A stretch of DNA of 64,000 nt from a virus (lineage: Duplodnaviria; Caudoviricetes): the IMG/VR virus record IMGVR_UViG_3300028591_000070, positions 288,001 to 352,000 of that record; one strand, given 5' to 3'. Every line of letters begins with the position of its first letter. Positions within the stretch are counted from its first letter, which is position 1. Shown here one piece after another: positions 1 to 10,998 of the stretch. The notes beneath the pieces were generated by a model that saw only the letters and a list, made by a program, of their open reading frames with translations, searched no databases and was not told where the DNA came from. The position numbers were made by a program, and so were the translations under genes.

Positions 1-177
1 AAATCTTTTATATGGAAAAAGATACACATGCCATTGGTGAAGTAGTCGCTATAAGATGGTATAATGATAAGTGGCTTCTTACTTTATGCAATTATGCTAA
101 TGTTATTTTTAGTGAATCTTATGACGATTTGGCTGATGCTTTTGCTGAAGGCAGTAAACTGATTTAAGGAGGATTTT

Positions 178-597
178 ATGGGATCAGGTGTAGTATTTTT
201 TATTTTTTTAATGGTAATTGTAGGCCTTTGTATTTGTGGCTTTATAGGTATGCTTACAGGATTGATTTATAATCACGTTGAAGAGCGAACTTTTGAGCCA
301 AAACTCTTTTGGCTTTCTATTGGATTTTTAGTTCTTTCTGTATGGGGCATTTTTGCAATAGTTGATTGGACAAAATATGACGACTCTCATAGAAAAGTTG
401 AACAGGTAGCATCAGCTCCATATAAAGAAATAAAAACTTTTGATATTCATGTTAAAGATGGTGAAACTTATTTGAATGCTAAAAATGCTAAAATCATCTC
501 AGGTACTTATATTGCTTTTGATACTGAAGATGGCAGACATTTAGAAACAAACGCAGAAACCTTGGTTGAGGTTCATACTGAAATTATTAAAGAATAA
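178..597 (+). CDS. hypothetical membrane protein (2 N-terminal TM segments)
   Basis: 139-aa ORF with AAGGAGG SD; two hydrophobic stretches. Confidence 0.7.
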   Translation: MGSGVVFFIFLMVIVGLCICGFIGMLTGLIYNHVEERTFEPKLFWLSIGFLVLSVWGIFAIVDWTKYDDSHRKVEQVASAPYKEIKTFDIHVKDGETYLNAKNAKIISGTYIAFDTEDGRHLETNAETLVEVHTEIIKE

Positions 598-1160
598 AAG
601 TATATTCTATATATGATTTATTCGAAAGAAAAGAAGGCCGAAATACAGAAAAGAATAGACGCAGGTGAATTTGGCGTCGGTGGAACTGGTGGAGAAGGCT
701 GGTTTTTTAATCTAGAACGAGAGATTCTCGGAGACCCACTTGATGCTCGATTTGTTTGTATAAAAGACCCTTCTAGAGCAAGAAAAGCTTATATAAAATA
801 TTTACTTTCAGTTGGCTATACTGAAGAAAATGGATATTTTAAGAAGGGTCGAAAGTACTATCACATTTGTCAATGTGGTGGAACTTCAAATTCAAGAATG
901 TATAAGGTACTTTAGAGGTTATATGGTAGAAATTAGATTATATAAAGACGAAAAAAATTATGCACAGAATCCATTTAGAACAATGGTTGTTCCTGTAGTT
1001 GACATTGACGCTGAGTCTGGAATTCTTACAGTTCCATCTCTTGATGGAAAAGAAACATTCAGTTTTTATTTTGTTGAATATGTAAGAAATGAAGCAACTA
1101 CATTCAGCTTTTATAAAGTTGATAAAAAAACAAATTAAGATGCTATAAAAAGAGGTAAAT

Positions 1161-2066
1161 ATGGAAGGTTTTAGAAAATGCATGTCATTCTTTGCTGGTA
1201 TAATAGCATTTTTTACATTTATAGCTTTTATGGTAGTAGATGACCATCTCTCTAAATGGACATTAGTTAAAACATATATTATTTATAATGATGAAACTTC
1301 CATTTTAAGCAAGAGCCAAACTCCGCAGTATTATATTTTATTAAATACTTCTGGTACTGGTAATAATGAAACAGATTATATCGATCTTGAAAACCAGAAT
1401 TGTAGTATAGTTCGTATTCAGCAACCTAATAAGAAGTTTTATAATCAAGCCATTTTTTCTAAAAAAACGTATTATATATTTAACAATGGTGGCGTAACTA
1501 AACCTGAAAATTTTAATGGATATATTCAGTATGGCGAAAAGGCTTATACTCTTGAAGAATTTTATGAAAATCCTCCTTTTGAGGGTGATGTTGACCCATT
1601 AGGATCAAAAAATATATGGGGTTGGATAACCTTAAGCTTAGTTGCTCTTTGTTTGATAGGATTAATTCCCGTTGAAGAGTTTGAATTTACTTTGCCTAAT
1701 ACAATAAAAGAGAGAAAAGTTAGGAAAGCAGCTGCAGAAATTTTTCCACACTTAGAACATGTTTTTAAAGTTGAAAAACTTAAAGTTATTAATTTTATTA
1801 CTGAGACTGTTACTTGGAAAATAAGTATCGACCATGATGACCAAACTATATTTGTTTCTCAACTAGGTTTGAGTAGAGATGGGATGCGCTATAACTATAA
1901 GACGAAAGAAGTAAGTTTACAAGATAAATATGATTTACAAGTTGCATTAGCCTTTATAAAACTTAAACCTAAATTACAACCATTATATAATGGCATTTTG
2001 GATTATGCTGTAGAGACCATTGTAGATAAAATCCCACCATCTGATGAGATACAGATTAGTCTTTAA
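1161..2066 (+). CDS. hypothetical membrane protein
   Basis: 301-aa ORF, GAGG SD, N-terminal and central hydrophobic segments; followed by hairpin terminator. Confidence 0.7.
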   Translation: MEGFRKCMSFFAGIIAFFTFIAFMVVDDHLSKWTLVKTYIIYNDETSILSKSQTPQYYILLNTSGTGNNETDYIDLENQNCSIVRIQQPNKKFYNQAIFSKKTYYIFNNGGVTKPENFNGYIQYGEKAYTLEEFYENPPFEGDVDPLGSKNIWGWITLSLVALCLIGLIPVEEFEFTLPNTIKERKVRKAAAEIFPHLEHVFKVEKLKVINFITETVTWKISIDHDDQTIFVSQLGLSRDGMRYNYKTKEVSLQDKYDLQVALAFIKLKPKLQPLYNGILDYAVETIVDKIPPSDEIQISL

Positions 2067-2070
2067 TTAA

Positions 2071-2100
2071 AAGAGGAGCATGCTCCTCTTTTTTATTTTT
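2071..2100 (+). terminator. intrinsic terminator
   Basis: aagaggagca/tgctcctctt inverted repeat followed by T run. Confidence 0.7.
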
Positions 2101-2119
2101 AATAGTTAATATTTTTTAT

Positions 2120-2515
2120 ATGGAAGATGTTAGAAGTTATAATGTAGGTGCGTCAGATTACTCAAAACATAAATATCAGTCATGGGATTTTTGGCTGACT
2201 TTTGTTTTGAACCCATTTGATGCCGATTTATGTAAACGTACTTTAAGAACAAAAGCAACAGATGGTCGTTTACTAGATTATCAGAAAATCAAACATATTT
2301 GTGGCGAACGCCTTAGACAGCTTGATGAAGGTCCAGATAGATGGGTTGGTCCTAAGTATGTTGAAAAATCTCACTTTGAAGAAATGATTGCAGATTATTC
2401 ATTACATGAGGATGATAAGCAATTATTAGAAAATCTTTTATTCCTTCAAAATCGTAAAGAAGCATATAAAAATATGCAAGCAATTTGTGATAAAAGAATT
2501 CAGGAATTATCCTAA
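2120..2515 (+). CDS. DUF3310-like phage protein
   Basis: VGASDYSKHKYQSWDFW...NPFDA...LR.K...DYQKIKH resembles the DUF3310 pattern. Confidence 0.55.
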   Translation: MEDVRSYNVGASDYSKHKYQSWDFWLTFVLNPFDADLCKRTLRTKATDGRLLDYQKIKHICGERLRQLDEGPDRWVGPKYVEKSHFEEMIADYSLHEDDKQLLENLLFLQNRKEAYKNMQAICDKRIQELS

Positions 2516-2952
2516 TGAAATTAAGGAAAGAGCTTGCTGAGAAATTAAGATGGGCGGTTGAGCACTCTCCTTGTAGTGCAGAATATAAAGGTGATATAAC
2601 CTTAGAAGAAAGAGAGGAGATTGAGAGACGCGGCTTTGAAATATATACTTTTGCAGTATTTATGGATGGCGGCGGAATCTTACATATAAGATGGTACAAT
2701 CATTAGTAGTTTATAATTTAGAAAATAAGTTGATTGCTTGGTACACAAATCCATCATTGAAATTTTTTAAATTGGATAATGAACTTAAGTTGGATATTAA
2801 TGGTCAAACAATCATTACATTGTGTAATACTCCAGACACATTAATAGACGTTACAGATACAACTTCAGGCATTTGGAAACTTAAGCAAATGACTGGAACA
2901 AAATATGAAGTTGCAGATGTAGAAGAAAACCTTGTTAGATTTGGAGACTTCT

Positions 2953-4410
2953 ATGAACAAGAACTTTGATGTGGCTATTGTTGGAGCTGGTCCTGCTGGT
3001 CTTTATTGCGCTTATAAACTTATTACAGAAAATAAAAATCTTAAAATCATTGTTTTTGAGCAAGGACGAGAAATAGATAATCGAAAGTGCCCAGCTATTA
3101 AGCAGAATAAAAGCTGTTTACATTGTAATAACTGTGCTATTATGTCTGGAATTGCTGGAGCCGGCGCATTTTCTGATGGTAAATTTCCAATTACAAATGA
3201 CTTTGGTGGCACTCTTTGGGAAAAATGTGGTAAAGATGAAGCCTTAATTTATATGAATGAAGTCGACCAGCTCAATAAAAAGTTTTTTGATGAAAAATCT
3301 AGAGGAAGTCCATATACTTGGCCAAAGATGTATATGTCTTGGAACTCACCTTATAAGAAAATTTGTACTCAGCATAATTTACACTTGTTAAATGCAAATA
3401 TTCGTCATTTAGGTACAGATATTTCCCAACTAGTATTTAGACAACTCTTTTATTACTTGAAAGATCAAGGTGTTGTATTTACAACTAATACTCATGTGGA
3501 TAAGATTAAAAGAACAGAAAATCTTATAAATGTCGACTCTTTAAGCGATAGAAAATATCATTGGGAAATAAACTGCTCATTCAATGATAATAATGTAAAT
3601 ACATCTTTTGAAGCTTCTACTGTTATAGTTGCTGCTGGCCGCTCGGGTAGTAAATGGGTTGAAACTTTATGCGAAGACTTGGATATTCCTACTCATTCTA
3701 ATAGAGTTGATATTGGCATTAGATTTGAATGTCCTAATGAAATATGGAATCATGTTACAAAAGACCTTTATGAGGCCAAAATTGTCTATAAAACTAAAAC
3801 ATATGAAGATGAGGTTAGAACATTCTGTATGAACCCATCTGGTTATGTTGTTACAGAGCATACAAAGAGTGGTATCACTGTAAATGGCCATTCATTTGAA
3901 GCTCAGGATAAAAAATCTAATAACACAAATTTTGCATTATTGGTTAGTAAAACTTTAACAGAGCCATTTGACAATTCTAATGAGTATGGTGAAGCTATTA
4001 TTAAATTATCTAATATGTTAGGTGGTGGTGTCATTGTTCAGAGATATGGCGACCTAATTCGTGGAAGACGTTCAACAAAAGATCATATTGCTCACAACTC
4101 AGTTACTCCAACCTTAAATGCTGAGCCAGGTGACTTAAGTCTTGTATTACCTAAGCGTATTCTAGATGATATTTTGGAAATGATCGAAAAACTCGACCAT
4201 CTGGTTCCAGGTATGGTAAATGATGATAACTTACTCTATGGTGTAGAATGTAAATTTTATAATATGACAGTTGAATCTAAAAATAATTGTGAAGCATTAG
4301 ATTATCCTGGACTATATTTTGCAGGAGATGGTGCAGGATATACACATTCATTATCACAAGCAGCAGCAAATGGACTTTATATAGCTGAAGATATTCTCAA
4401 TCACTTTTAG
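2953..4410 (+). CDS. NAD(P)/FAD-dependent oxidoreductase
   Basis: IVGAGPAG Rossmann motif, GAGAFSDGK, VRTFCMNP, GLYFAGDGAG; start moved to ATG 2953 behind GGAGA. Confidence 0.85.
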   Translation: MNKNFDVAIVGAGPAGLYCAYKLITENKNLKIIVFEQGREIDNRKCPAIKQNKSCLHCNNCAIMSGIAGAGAFSDGKFPITNDFGGTLWEKCGKDEALIYMNEVDQLNKKFFDEKSRGSPYTWPKMYMSWNSPYKKICTQHNLHLLNANIRHLGTDISQLVFRQLFYYLKDQGVVFTTNTHVDKIKRTENLINVDSLSDRKYHWEINCSFNDNNVNTSFEASTVIVAAGRSGSKWVETLCEDLDIPTHSNRVDIGIRFECPNEIWNHVTKDLYEAKIVYKTKTYEDEVRTFCMNPSGYVVTEHTKSGITVNGHSFEAQDKKSNNTNFALLVSKTLTEPFDNSNEYGEAIIKLSNMLGGGVIVQRYGDLIRGRRSTKDHIAHNSVTPTLNAEPGDLSLVLPKRILDDILEMIEKLDHLVPGMVNDDNLLYGVECKFYNMTVESKNNCEALDYPGLYFAGDGAGYTHSLSQAAANGLYIAEDILNHF

Positions 4411-4427
4411 TTTCTACTAATTTATCT

Positions 4428-7109
4428 ATGAATCGTTTTGACTCGGCAGCAAACTATGATAGATATAAAAGACGCTTTGAAAAACAAACTAATGGTGCAC
4501 AAATAGCAGATCAAGGTACGATTGATGCTTTATTTAAGGCTCATTCTGAAGTTGATGCAGAATATATCCGTTATCTTGAATATCTTTATAATGAAACAAA
4601 ACTTAAAAATTGTCGTAATATTTCATCAGTTACTCAAATGGCTGAGTTGGTTGGCTATAAGCGTCAGCTACCAAAATCAGCTATTGGTTATGTAGTTGTA
4701 TCACATACTGACGTAGATGGAAAAAATAGATTACAGAATTTTGGTACAAGTTTCTTTGATTTAGATGCCCCATCAGATTATGATGATCTTTACAAAAATC
4801 CAAATGCTACTGCCGCTGAAAAAGCTGCTTTAATTCCATGGACAGCTAATGAGTTTTATTCAATCCCAGAAGGATCAATTTTTCACACAAATAGTGGTAT
4901 TAAGTTTATAGCAACATCTACAGTAGAATCAAGAGCTTTAAAAGAACCTTTTTCTGTAATTAAAAAAGATAAAGCAAAATATAAGAGTTTTATTGAAGCA
5001 GGTGGATGGGATGGCATTAAATATCTTAAAGTACCTGTTATCCAAGGTGAGCAAGTTTCGTTAGAGTTAGGTGAAGCTGAAGGAACTAGATTTGAGTCTT
5101 TCACAATTGACACCTTAAATGTAGAGAATGCATCAAATATTATCTCATGTAAATATCTCACAGTAACAGTTAAGCCTCAAGCAAAAGAAGGATATGAGAG
5201 CGATGACTCTTACACAGAAACTTGGGAAAATATTCCAAATATTGGTTTAGCTGGTGAATATGATAAAGTATTTGAAATACAGATTTTAGATGATGCCGGA
5301 AAAGTTTTAATTAAATTCGGTGATGGCATTACAGGTAGAACACTTCCAAAAGGTGCTTTAGTTACAGTAAATTATTTACAAACCTTAGGCGACGCTGGTA
5401 ACGTTGACACAAAATTCCAGATTGTTGGAATGACATTACCTTCTGGTTATCAGATGGTTGACCCTAGAACAAATGCTGTAGCTCCATTCCTATCATGCAC
5501 TAATGTGTCACCTATTATGGGTGGTAAAGCTATTGAAGCTCAAACATCTATCAAAGAGAATGCTCCAGTTTCTTATTTGAAATCTTATACATTGGGAACA
5601 AGACTTACATATCTTGAAAAAATTATAAATGATAGTCCAGTAAATCTTTTACATTGTCTTTTATTCAGCTCTAAAGTTGTAGATTCAGAATCTTATGGAA
5701 CTATTGATACATCATCTGAATTTGCAAGCTGCTTAGATGAAAATTACAATGTTTTACAAGAGATTACAACTGATAAAAAAGCTTTAATTGTTTGTGCTTT
5801 AAGGGCTAATGGCGAAAACATTGAAGACCCAGAAGGTGAATTGATTACACCTTTAAGACAAACTTTAGATGATTATATTTCACCTAGTGATAGCTTAGAT
5901 TTTATTCAACCTAACAAAGTAGAAATCTGTCCAAATGTAATTATCACAACATCATCTTCTGTTTTAGAGTCTGATATTAGAGATGAACTTTTGCCTAAAA
6001 TCATCAGTAAATATTCTATTTTCTACAAAGACTTTGGTGATAAATACTTCAAATCAAATATTGTTGATATTGCTCACACATTAAACTATGCTAAATCCGT
6101 TGAGTGTATTTTAGAGGCAAAAGCTAATGTTGATATGGAACCAATCATTTATTCTCAAAATGGCCAAACAAATATCAATTGGCTTGAGCATGTAGGTAAT
6201 ACAGTAAATGATATGGCAAAATATGATGCTGAAGAAGAAAAGATTGAAAGCTTATTTGGATTTAAGTTCTCATTTGATAAGATTTTTGCTCAAAATGAAT
6301 TGGGTAGAGGATTTAAGAATTACAAATATAAAGCACCATATTTATTGAAAGCTGATATTATTTTTAAGGATGACCCAGCTAATAGCAAGACTTTAATCTT
6401 ATATGATAACAGAACTGATTTATTAAATGAAATAGATATTGACAGTGCTTATAAAACTCCAATAGAAGAGACAGAATCATATCCACTTTTAACTAAAACT
6501 TTCTATGGTGAGTCTAAAATTATTTATTGGCCACAGAATGAGAGTGAAAGCTTCCAAAACTTACAAGCTCGTACAGCTCAATATCCTTTAATTGATAGAA
6601 TTACAAATGATAAATATATGAATCAGGTAAAGAGTTTCTTACAATCACCATTTGAAATTCGTCCATTATATATTGATGAAGCCGGAAATAATAAAATCTT
6701 TGATGTTTCAGATGTACCCGCAACTGACCAAGTTTCTTTCAACTATGATGCAAATATTAAAACTGCAACTTGTTACCGTAAAAACTGGCAATATTGGAAT
6801 CATTGTAAAATTGAGTTTAGTGAAGGATATAATGATCCAAATTCATCTGAGTATGCGAATGGTATAATTACTATTCCTGTAAAAAATATTTTATCTGCAA
6901 AAGAGATTGCAACATTAAAAACAATGCTTGCAGAAACAAAAGATTTTGAAGAGCAAACTCCTGATATCAAGAAAATGATTAAGGATAAAATCGAAATTAA
7001 TGTTTATGCGGTACCTGTTCAAGATACTTTTGAATGCAATAATGAATATGATATAATTTATAGTGATAAGAATTATACTAAAATTGAAAAGAACTTTATA
7101 ATTAAATAA
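4428..7109 (+). CDS. baseplate wedge protein (T4 gp6-like)
   Basis: 893 aa; SSVTQMAELVGYK, IKFGDGITGR, VNYLQTLGDAGN, GG..E...IKENAP motifs of gp6-type wedge subunits. Confidence 0.8.
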   Translation: MNRFDSAANYDRYKRRFEKQTNGAQIADQGTIDALFKAHSEVDAEYIRYLEYLYNETKLKNCRNISSVTQMAELVGYKRQLPKSAIGYVVVSHTDVDGKNRLQNFGTSFFDLDAPSDYDDLYKNPNATAAEKAALIPWTANEFYSIPEGSIFHTNSGIKFIATSTVESRALKEPFSVIKKDKAKYKSFIEAGGWDGIKYLKVPVIQGEQVSLELGEAEGTRFESFTIDTLNVENASNIISCKYLTVTVKPQAKEGYESDDSYTETWENIPNIGLAGEYDKVFEIQILDDAGKVLIKFGDGITGRTLPKGALVTVNYLQTLGDAGNVDTKFQIVGMTLPSGYQMVDPRTNAVAPFLSCTNVSPIMGGKAIEAQTSIKENAPVSYLKSYTLGTRLTYLEKIINDSPVNLLHCLLFSSKVVDSESYGTIDTSSEFASCLDENYNVLQEITTDKKALIVCALRANGENIEDPEGELITPLRQTLDDYISPSDSLDFIQPNKVEICPNVIITTSSSVLESDIRDELLPKIISKYSIFYKDFGDKYFKSNIVDIAHTLNYAKSVECILEAKANVDMEPIIYSQNGQTNINWLEHVGNTVNDMAKYDAEEEKIESLFGFKFSFDKIFAQNELGRGFKNYKYKAPYLLKADIIFKDDPANSKTLILYDNRTDLLNEIDIDSAYKTPIEETESYPLLTKTFYGESKIIYWPQNESESFQNLQARTAQYPLIDRITNDKYMNQVKSFLQSPFEIRPLYIDEAGNNKIFDVSDVPATDQVSFNYDANIKTATCYRKNWQYWNHCKIEFSEGYNDPNSSEYANGIITIPVKNILSAKEIATLKTMLAETKDFEEQTPDIKKMIKDKIEINVYAVPVQDTFECNNEYDIIYSDKNYTKIEKNFIIK

Positions 7110-7112
7110 AAA

Positions 7113-7140
7113 ATAAGCCGCTCAAAAGAGCGGCTTTTAT
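7113..7140. terminator. bidirectional intrinsic terminator
   Basis: aagccgctc-aaaa-gagcggctt hairpin between convergent genes with A/T flanks. Confidence 0.8.
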
Positions 7141-7950
7141 TTACTTTTTCAAAGCATCTAATTCAGCTTTCATATTTTCTGCTGACTGAATTAAATATGT
7201 TCGTTCTGAACCCATAGTAGTAATTTGATTCTTAAGATTTTGAATCTCATTTTCCACTTCAGATTTAGGTGGTTTTCTACCGCATGTAAACTTTTCAGGA
7301 CAATATCCTAATAATTCACATTTTGGTTTCATACAATTATCTACAATCCAGGCCCATTCATCTGAATAGTCATGTAATGCATTCAAAACATCCTTAAATA
7401 ATTTTCTATATTCATGATATGCTCTTGAACACATTCTCTGATGAGACATATCTACAAGATTTCTCATATTATGTTTACAAGTAATCTTAGTTGTCATTCC
7501 TAAAGGATAGAACAATGCAGCATCTTCCTTTGGAACATTAGCTTGCTCTAGCTGTTCTAGTAGGATTTGAAATGAATCAACAAAATTATTAAATGTTGTT
7601 TTAAGGTCTGCATTAGACTCTAAAGCATCTTTAATTTTTGGAGCCATTACAAAGTTTTCTTCAAACTGACCTGCCCATTTTACATATCTAGTTGAAGACT
7701 GTAATCGAGTTGGCATTCCTCCTATGTGAGTATACCATTCACGAATAACCCTAGCACTATAACCATCAAGTACCATGTTAACATCTGGAAATTCTGTAGT
7801 TCTTCCATGATCATTAGATATACACTCTTTAGCGCGCTTAATATTTTTTTCTTTATCATCAACATCTGCTCCCCAACATACACCAGCATTATAGCCAATT
7901 TGTTGTAATGGATTTTTAGTTGTCCATTCTAGAATTGTTACTTTACCCAT
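7141..7950 (-). CDS. thyX: FAD-dependent thymidylate synthase
   Basis: H.RTTEF, SARVIREWYTH..., QSSTRYV, NMRNL..MSHQRMCSRA pattern; start at ATG 7950 coupled to upstream stop (TAATG). Confidence 0.85.
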   Translation of the reverse strand: MGKVTILEWTTKNPLQQIGYNAGVCWGADVDDKEKNIKRAKECISNDHGRTTEFPDVNMVLDGYSARVIREWYTHIGGMPTRLQSSTRYVKWAGQFEENFVMAPKIKDALESNADLKTTFNNFVDSFQILLEQLEQANVPKEDAALFYPLGMTTKITCKHNMRNLVDMSHQRMCSRAYHEYRKLFKDVLNALHDYSDEWAWIVDNCMKPKCELLGYCPEKFTCGRKPPKSEVENEIQNLKNQITTMGSERTYLIQSAENMKAELDALKK

Positions 7951-8384
7951 TATTCTTTCTCCCAAGGAAACATGATAACCGTCTTGGTCTCATCTTCTGC
8001 ATACTGCATTGTCTCATAAGCTCCACCTTTTGGTGTACCATCCCATACAACTAATACAACATCAGAATGATCTACCATCCATTTATCTCTGTCTTCATAT
8101 ACTCCATCATATTTCTTCTCAGATTGAAAATAAACTTGTTCAGCATAGTCATAAAATTCTTGCTCTACATCGCATAAATCATGTTTATAAGGAAATGCAC
8201 AAACTAAGGGTCTACCTAATTCTTTCACAGCTTCTGCAAAAAGAGTATCAGTTCCTCTTGCCATTCCTGTAAAATTATATGTATCTCCCAATGATTTAAG
8301 GGTTTTAAGAATCCATTCTTTAATCTCTGCTTCTCGGCCATCTAACCTTTCTGGTTTATGGCCTGTAATCATAACTTTAATCAT
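7950..8384 (-). CDS. SLOG family (YspA/DUF1273-like) protein
   Basis: ITGHKP, TGMARGTD, RDKWMVDHSD, VWDG..GG. Confidence 0.8.
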   Translation of the reverse strand: MIKVMITGHKPERLDGREAEIKEWILKTLKSLGDTYNFTGMARGTDTLFAEAVKELGRPLVCAFPYKHDLCDVEQEFYDYAEQVYFQSEKKYDGVYEDRDKWMVDHSDVVLVVWDGTPKGGAYETMQYAEDETKTVIMFPWEKE

Positions 8385-9541
8385 TACTAATATTTCCTTT
8401 GTATTCCAACCAAAGTTGACGCTCAGCAAAGAGATTATTCATGATTTCTATTGTTTTGATAATATCAAATTTAACACCACTTAAGAATTTTACTTCTATA
8501 GTTTCATCTGGTTCAAATGACCAAGAAAACATTGGGTATTTATTTTCAGCAAATGTACGAAAAGTAGCAGTTGTAGATAAAACTTTACATGTTACTATTG
8601 CATCTTTGAAATTATTATAAATCCACATGTTGTCAGTAAATTGAAGACCATATAATGCGTTAATTTTTGATTTAATATCATCAATAGACAAAAGAAGAGC
8701 CAAATCTCGATCTGACTCTTTATTGAATGAGGATAAATATTTATTTTGTTCTAAAATATCTTTTTTATATTGTTCCCATTCAGCTTGAGCGTGAACAACA
8801 TCATTCTCTCTTGGAGGATCCAACTTGCTTGAATTATACATAAGATAATATTAACTTATGCTTCTTTTATGTCCTCAACGCCAAGAGCTTTATTTATCAT
8901 TGCTAGAATTTCAAATATTTTTGAATGTTTATCTTTATAGTAAAAGAATAATTTTTTGGTATAATTTGCACCAATAAATCCAACTGCTAAAAATCCAAGG
9001 TTTATCCAGAAAAGAATATGGCTTACAGGAATTCTTGGACAAAAAATCATACAAATAATAGCCGCAGCTAGCTTAAAAAGAAACCATTTTCTTCGTTCAC
9101 CACTATAATAAAGAGCTTCATTATAAAAATCTGTTGCTTTTTTATCCAAAATTGAAACAATATTTTCTAGTGAAATAGCTGCAAGCTTACCTAAGGCTGT
9201 AGGTTTCTGAGCTTCATCGCATAAATTAAGTATATCTTCTTTAGTAAGAAATTTAATTTCGGGTGTGATTTTGTCCATTATAGCATCCTTTAACCATTTA
9301 GTTTAGAAAAGAGTTTTGAAAAGATATTTGAAATAAGACATTTTCTTATACCATTTGTCTAGATTAAGAAGTGGCATCCATACAAAAAGCATTTCAACTG
9401 CAATGCCACCAAAGCAAAGACTGATGAGTGTGTCAATATCTACATTAGCAAGGGTACCATTTATAGCCTTGATTAAAAGAATAACTAAAGTTACCATATT
9501 TACCTCTTATATAGATTATACATTTTCTATATAAAAAGTTC

Positions 9542-9670
9542 AAAAAGTCTGGAAACAGGTCACTGTTAAATTATATTTAAAGATGACCACTTTCCAGACT
9601 TTTCGCTGCGCTCAAACTCTAGAAATTGGCTGACTACAGCAGTGTTAGTCACATAATATGTGGATATAAA
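9542..9670. repeat. palindromic intergenic element, copy 1
   Basis: about 52-bp core nearly identical to 60343-60394; long imperfect inverted repeat. Confidence 0.85.
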
Positions 9671-10084
9671 TAAAAAAGGAGGTATTAAAACCTCCTCTTA
9701 AGCTTATTTAAAATTTAAAAGCTAACCTATTCGTCTTTCTTTAACTGACTGCATGATAAAATCAAAAACTTTATCTTCTAGATCATTTGCTTCATCACCA
9801 TAAGGTAAAGTGTCTTTTGACAAATCTGCTCCTAATTTTTCGGCATATTCAAATATCAATTGTTCAAAATCATAATGAAAAGCCATAGCTATTTCTTTAT
9901 TATTTGCAGACTCTTCAATTGGTTCTCTACTTGTGAAGAATGCCTCTTCATCATCTAAGATTTCATTCCAATATTGATTTGCCTCTTCATCAGTCATTTC
10001 AGAAGAAGCAATCTCAAAGAATAAATCCTTATCACCTTCAACCATGTCATAAATGTCTCTAGCGATATCTTTTTTATTCATTTA

Positions 10085-10972
10085 TTAATCTCCTAAATCA
10101 ACTCCAGCTAAAATGTTACCAGTGAATTTTGCACTAGTACCACCTCTACCTAAAGTCATTCCAGAATCTTCAAGTTCGCTAAAATCAAGCATTCCCATAT
10201 CAGGCATACCAGAAGTTAATGACTCTTGAATGTTACTCATATTTCCAGACTCACGAATAGTTTGTCCTCTATCGAAGTTCATTGATGGTACGTTATTAGC
10301 TGCAAGTGAAACTCCATTTGCATCTAACTGACTCAACATACCAAACTCGCCGAATGGATTTGCTGCTTCATTGATTCTTTCATTCTGACCATACATAGCC
10401 TTAAGCTTACCAAAGTTGAGTTTGTTATTAACATAATTCTCTTCAAGAGATTTAATAACTGCTTGGTCTGTAGATTCCTGAACAGGAGCTGGGCCAGGAG
10501 CAATAGCTGACTGTGGTTCAGTTGGCTGTGATTGGCTACCTAAAATAGAAGACTGAGGTCCTTGTGTCAAATCTGGACCAGCAAGAATTCTTGCTCTCTT
10601 TTCTTCTTTTGTTTCAGGATGAGTATCTTTATAAGGCATGTTATTTACAAGATCTTTTAACTGACTTAATGAACTCTGTCCATTATTATCAACATATGCC
10701 TCGATCTTGTGCTTTGTACTTACAAGTTCTGTTTCAGCAATCTGTGTAAGTTCAGCGATAATATTTGTAAAGTGAGAAGGAATGATTTCATTTACCTTTC
10801 CACCAATAGCTGTACATTCTACCTGAGCATCATCCAAAATGTCAGTTACATCCAATACAGCGTTACCTGCTGCCTCAATAGCGGCTGCAGCTTTATTTAC
10901 TGCAGCTACAGCACTATCAAGGAGAGTGTAAAGTCTATCAATATTTCCTGCTGCTTCTTTTAAATTTTCCAT
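10085..10972 (-). CDS. hypothetical protein, probable head-associated
   Basis: downstream of prohead protease; repeated LKE/QES/IRES/INE motifs. Confidence 0.5.
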   Translation of the reverse strand: MENLKEAAGNIDRLYTLLDSAVAAVNKAAAAIEAAGNAVLDVTDILDDAQVECTAIGGKVNEIIPSHFTNIIAELTQIAETELVSTKHKIEAYVDNNGQSSLSQLKDLVNNMPYKDTHPETKEEKRARILAGPDLTQGPQSSILGSQSQPTEPQSAIAPGPAPVQESTDQAVIKSLEENYVNNKLNFGKLKAMYGQNERINEAANPFGEFGMLSQLDANGVSLAANNVPSMNFDRGQTIRESGNMSNIQESLTSGMPDMGMLDFSELEDSGMTLGRGGTSAKFTGNILAGVDLGD

Positions 10973-10998
10973 ATCTTTATCTCCTCTCCTTAATCCTA

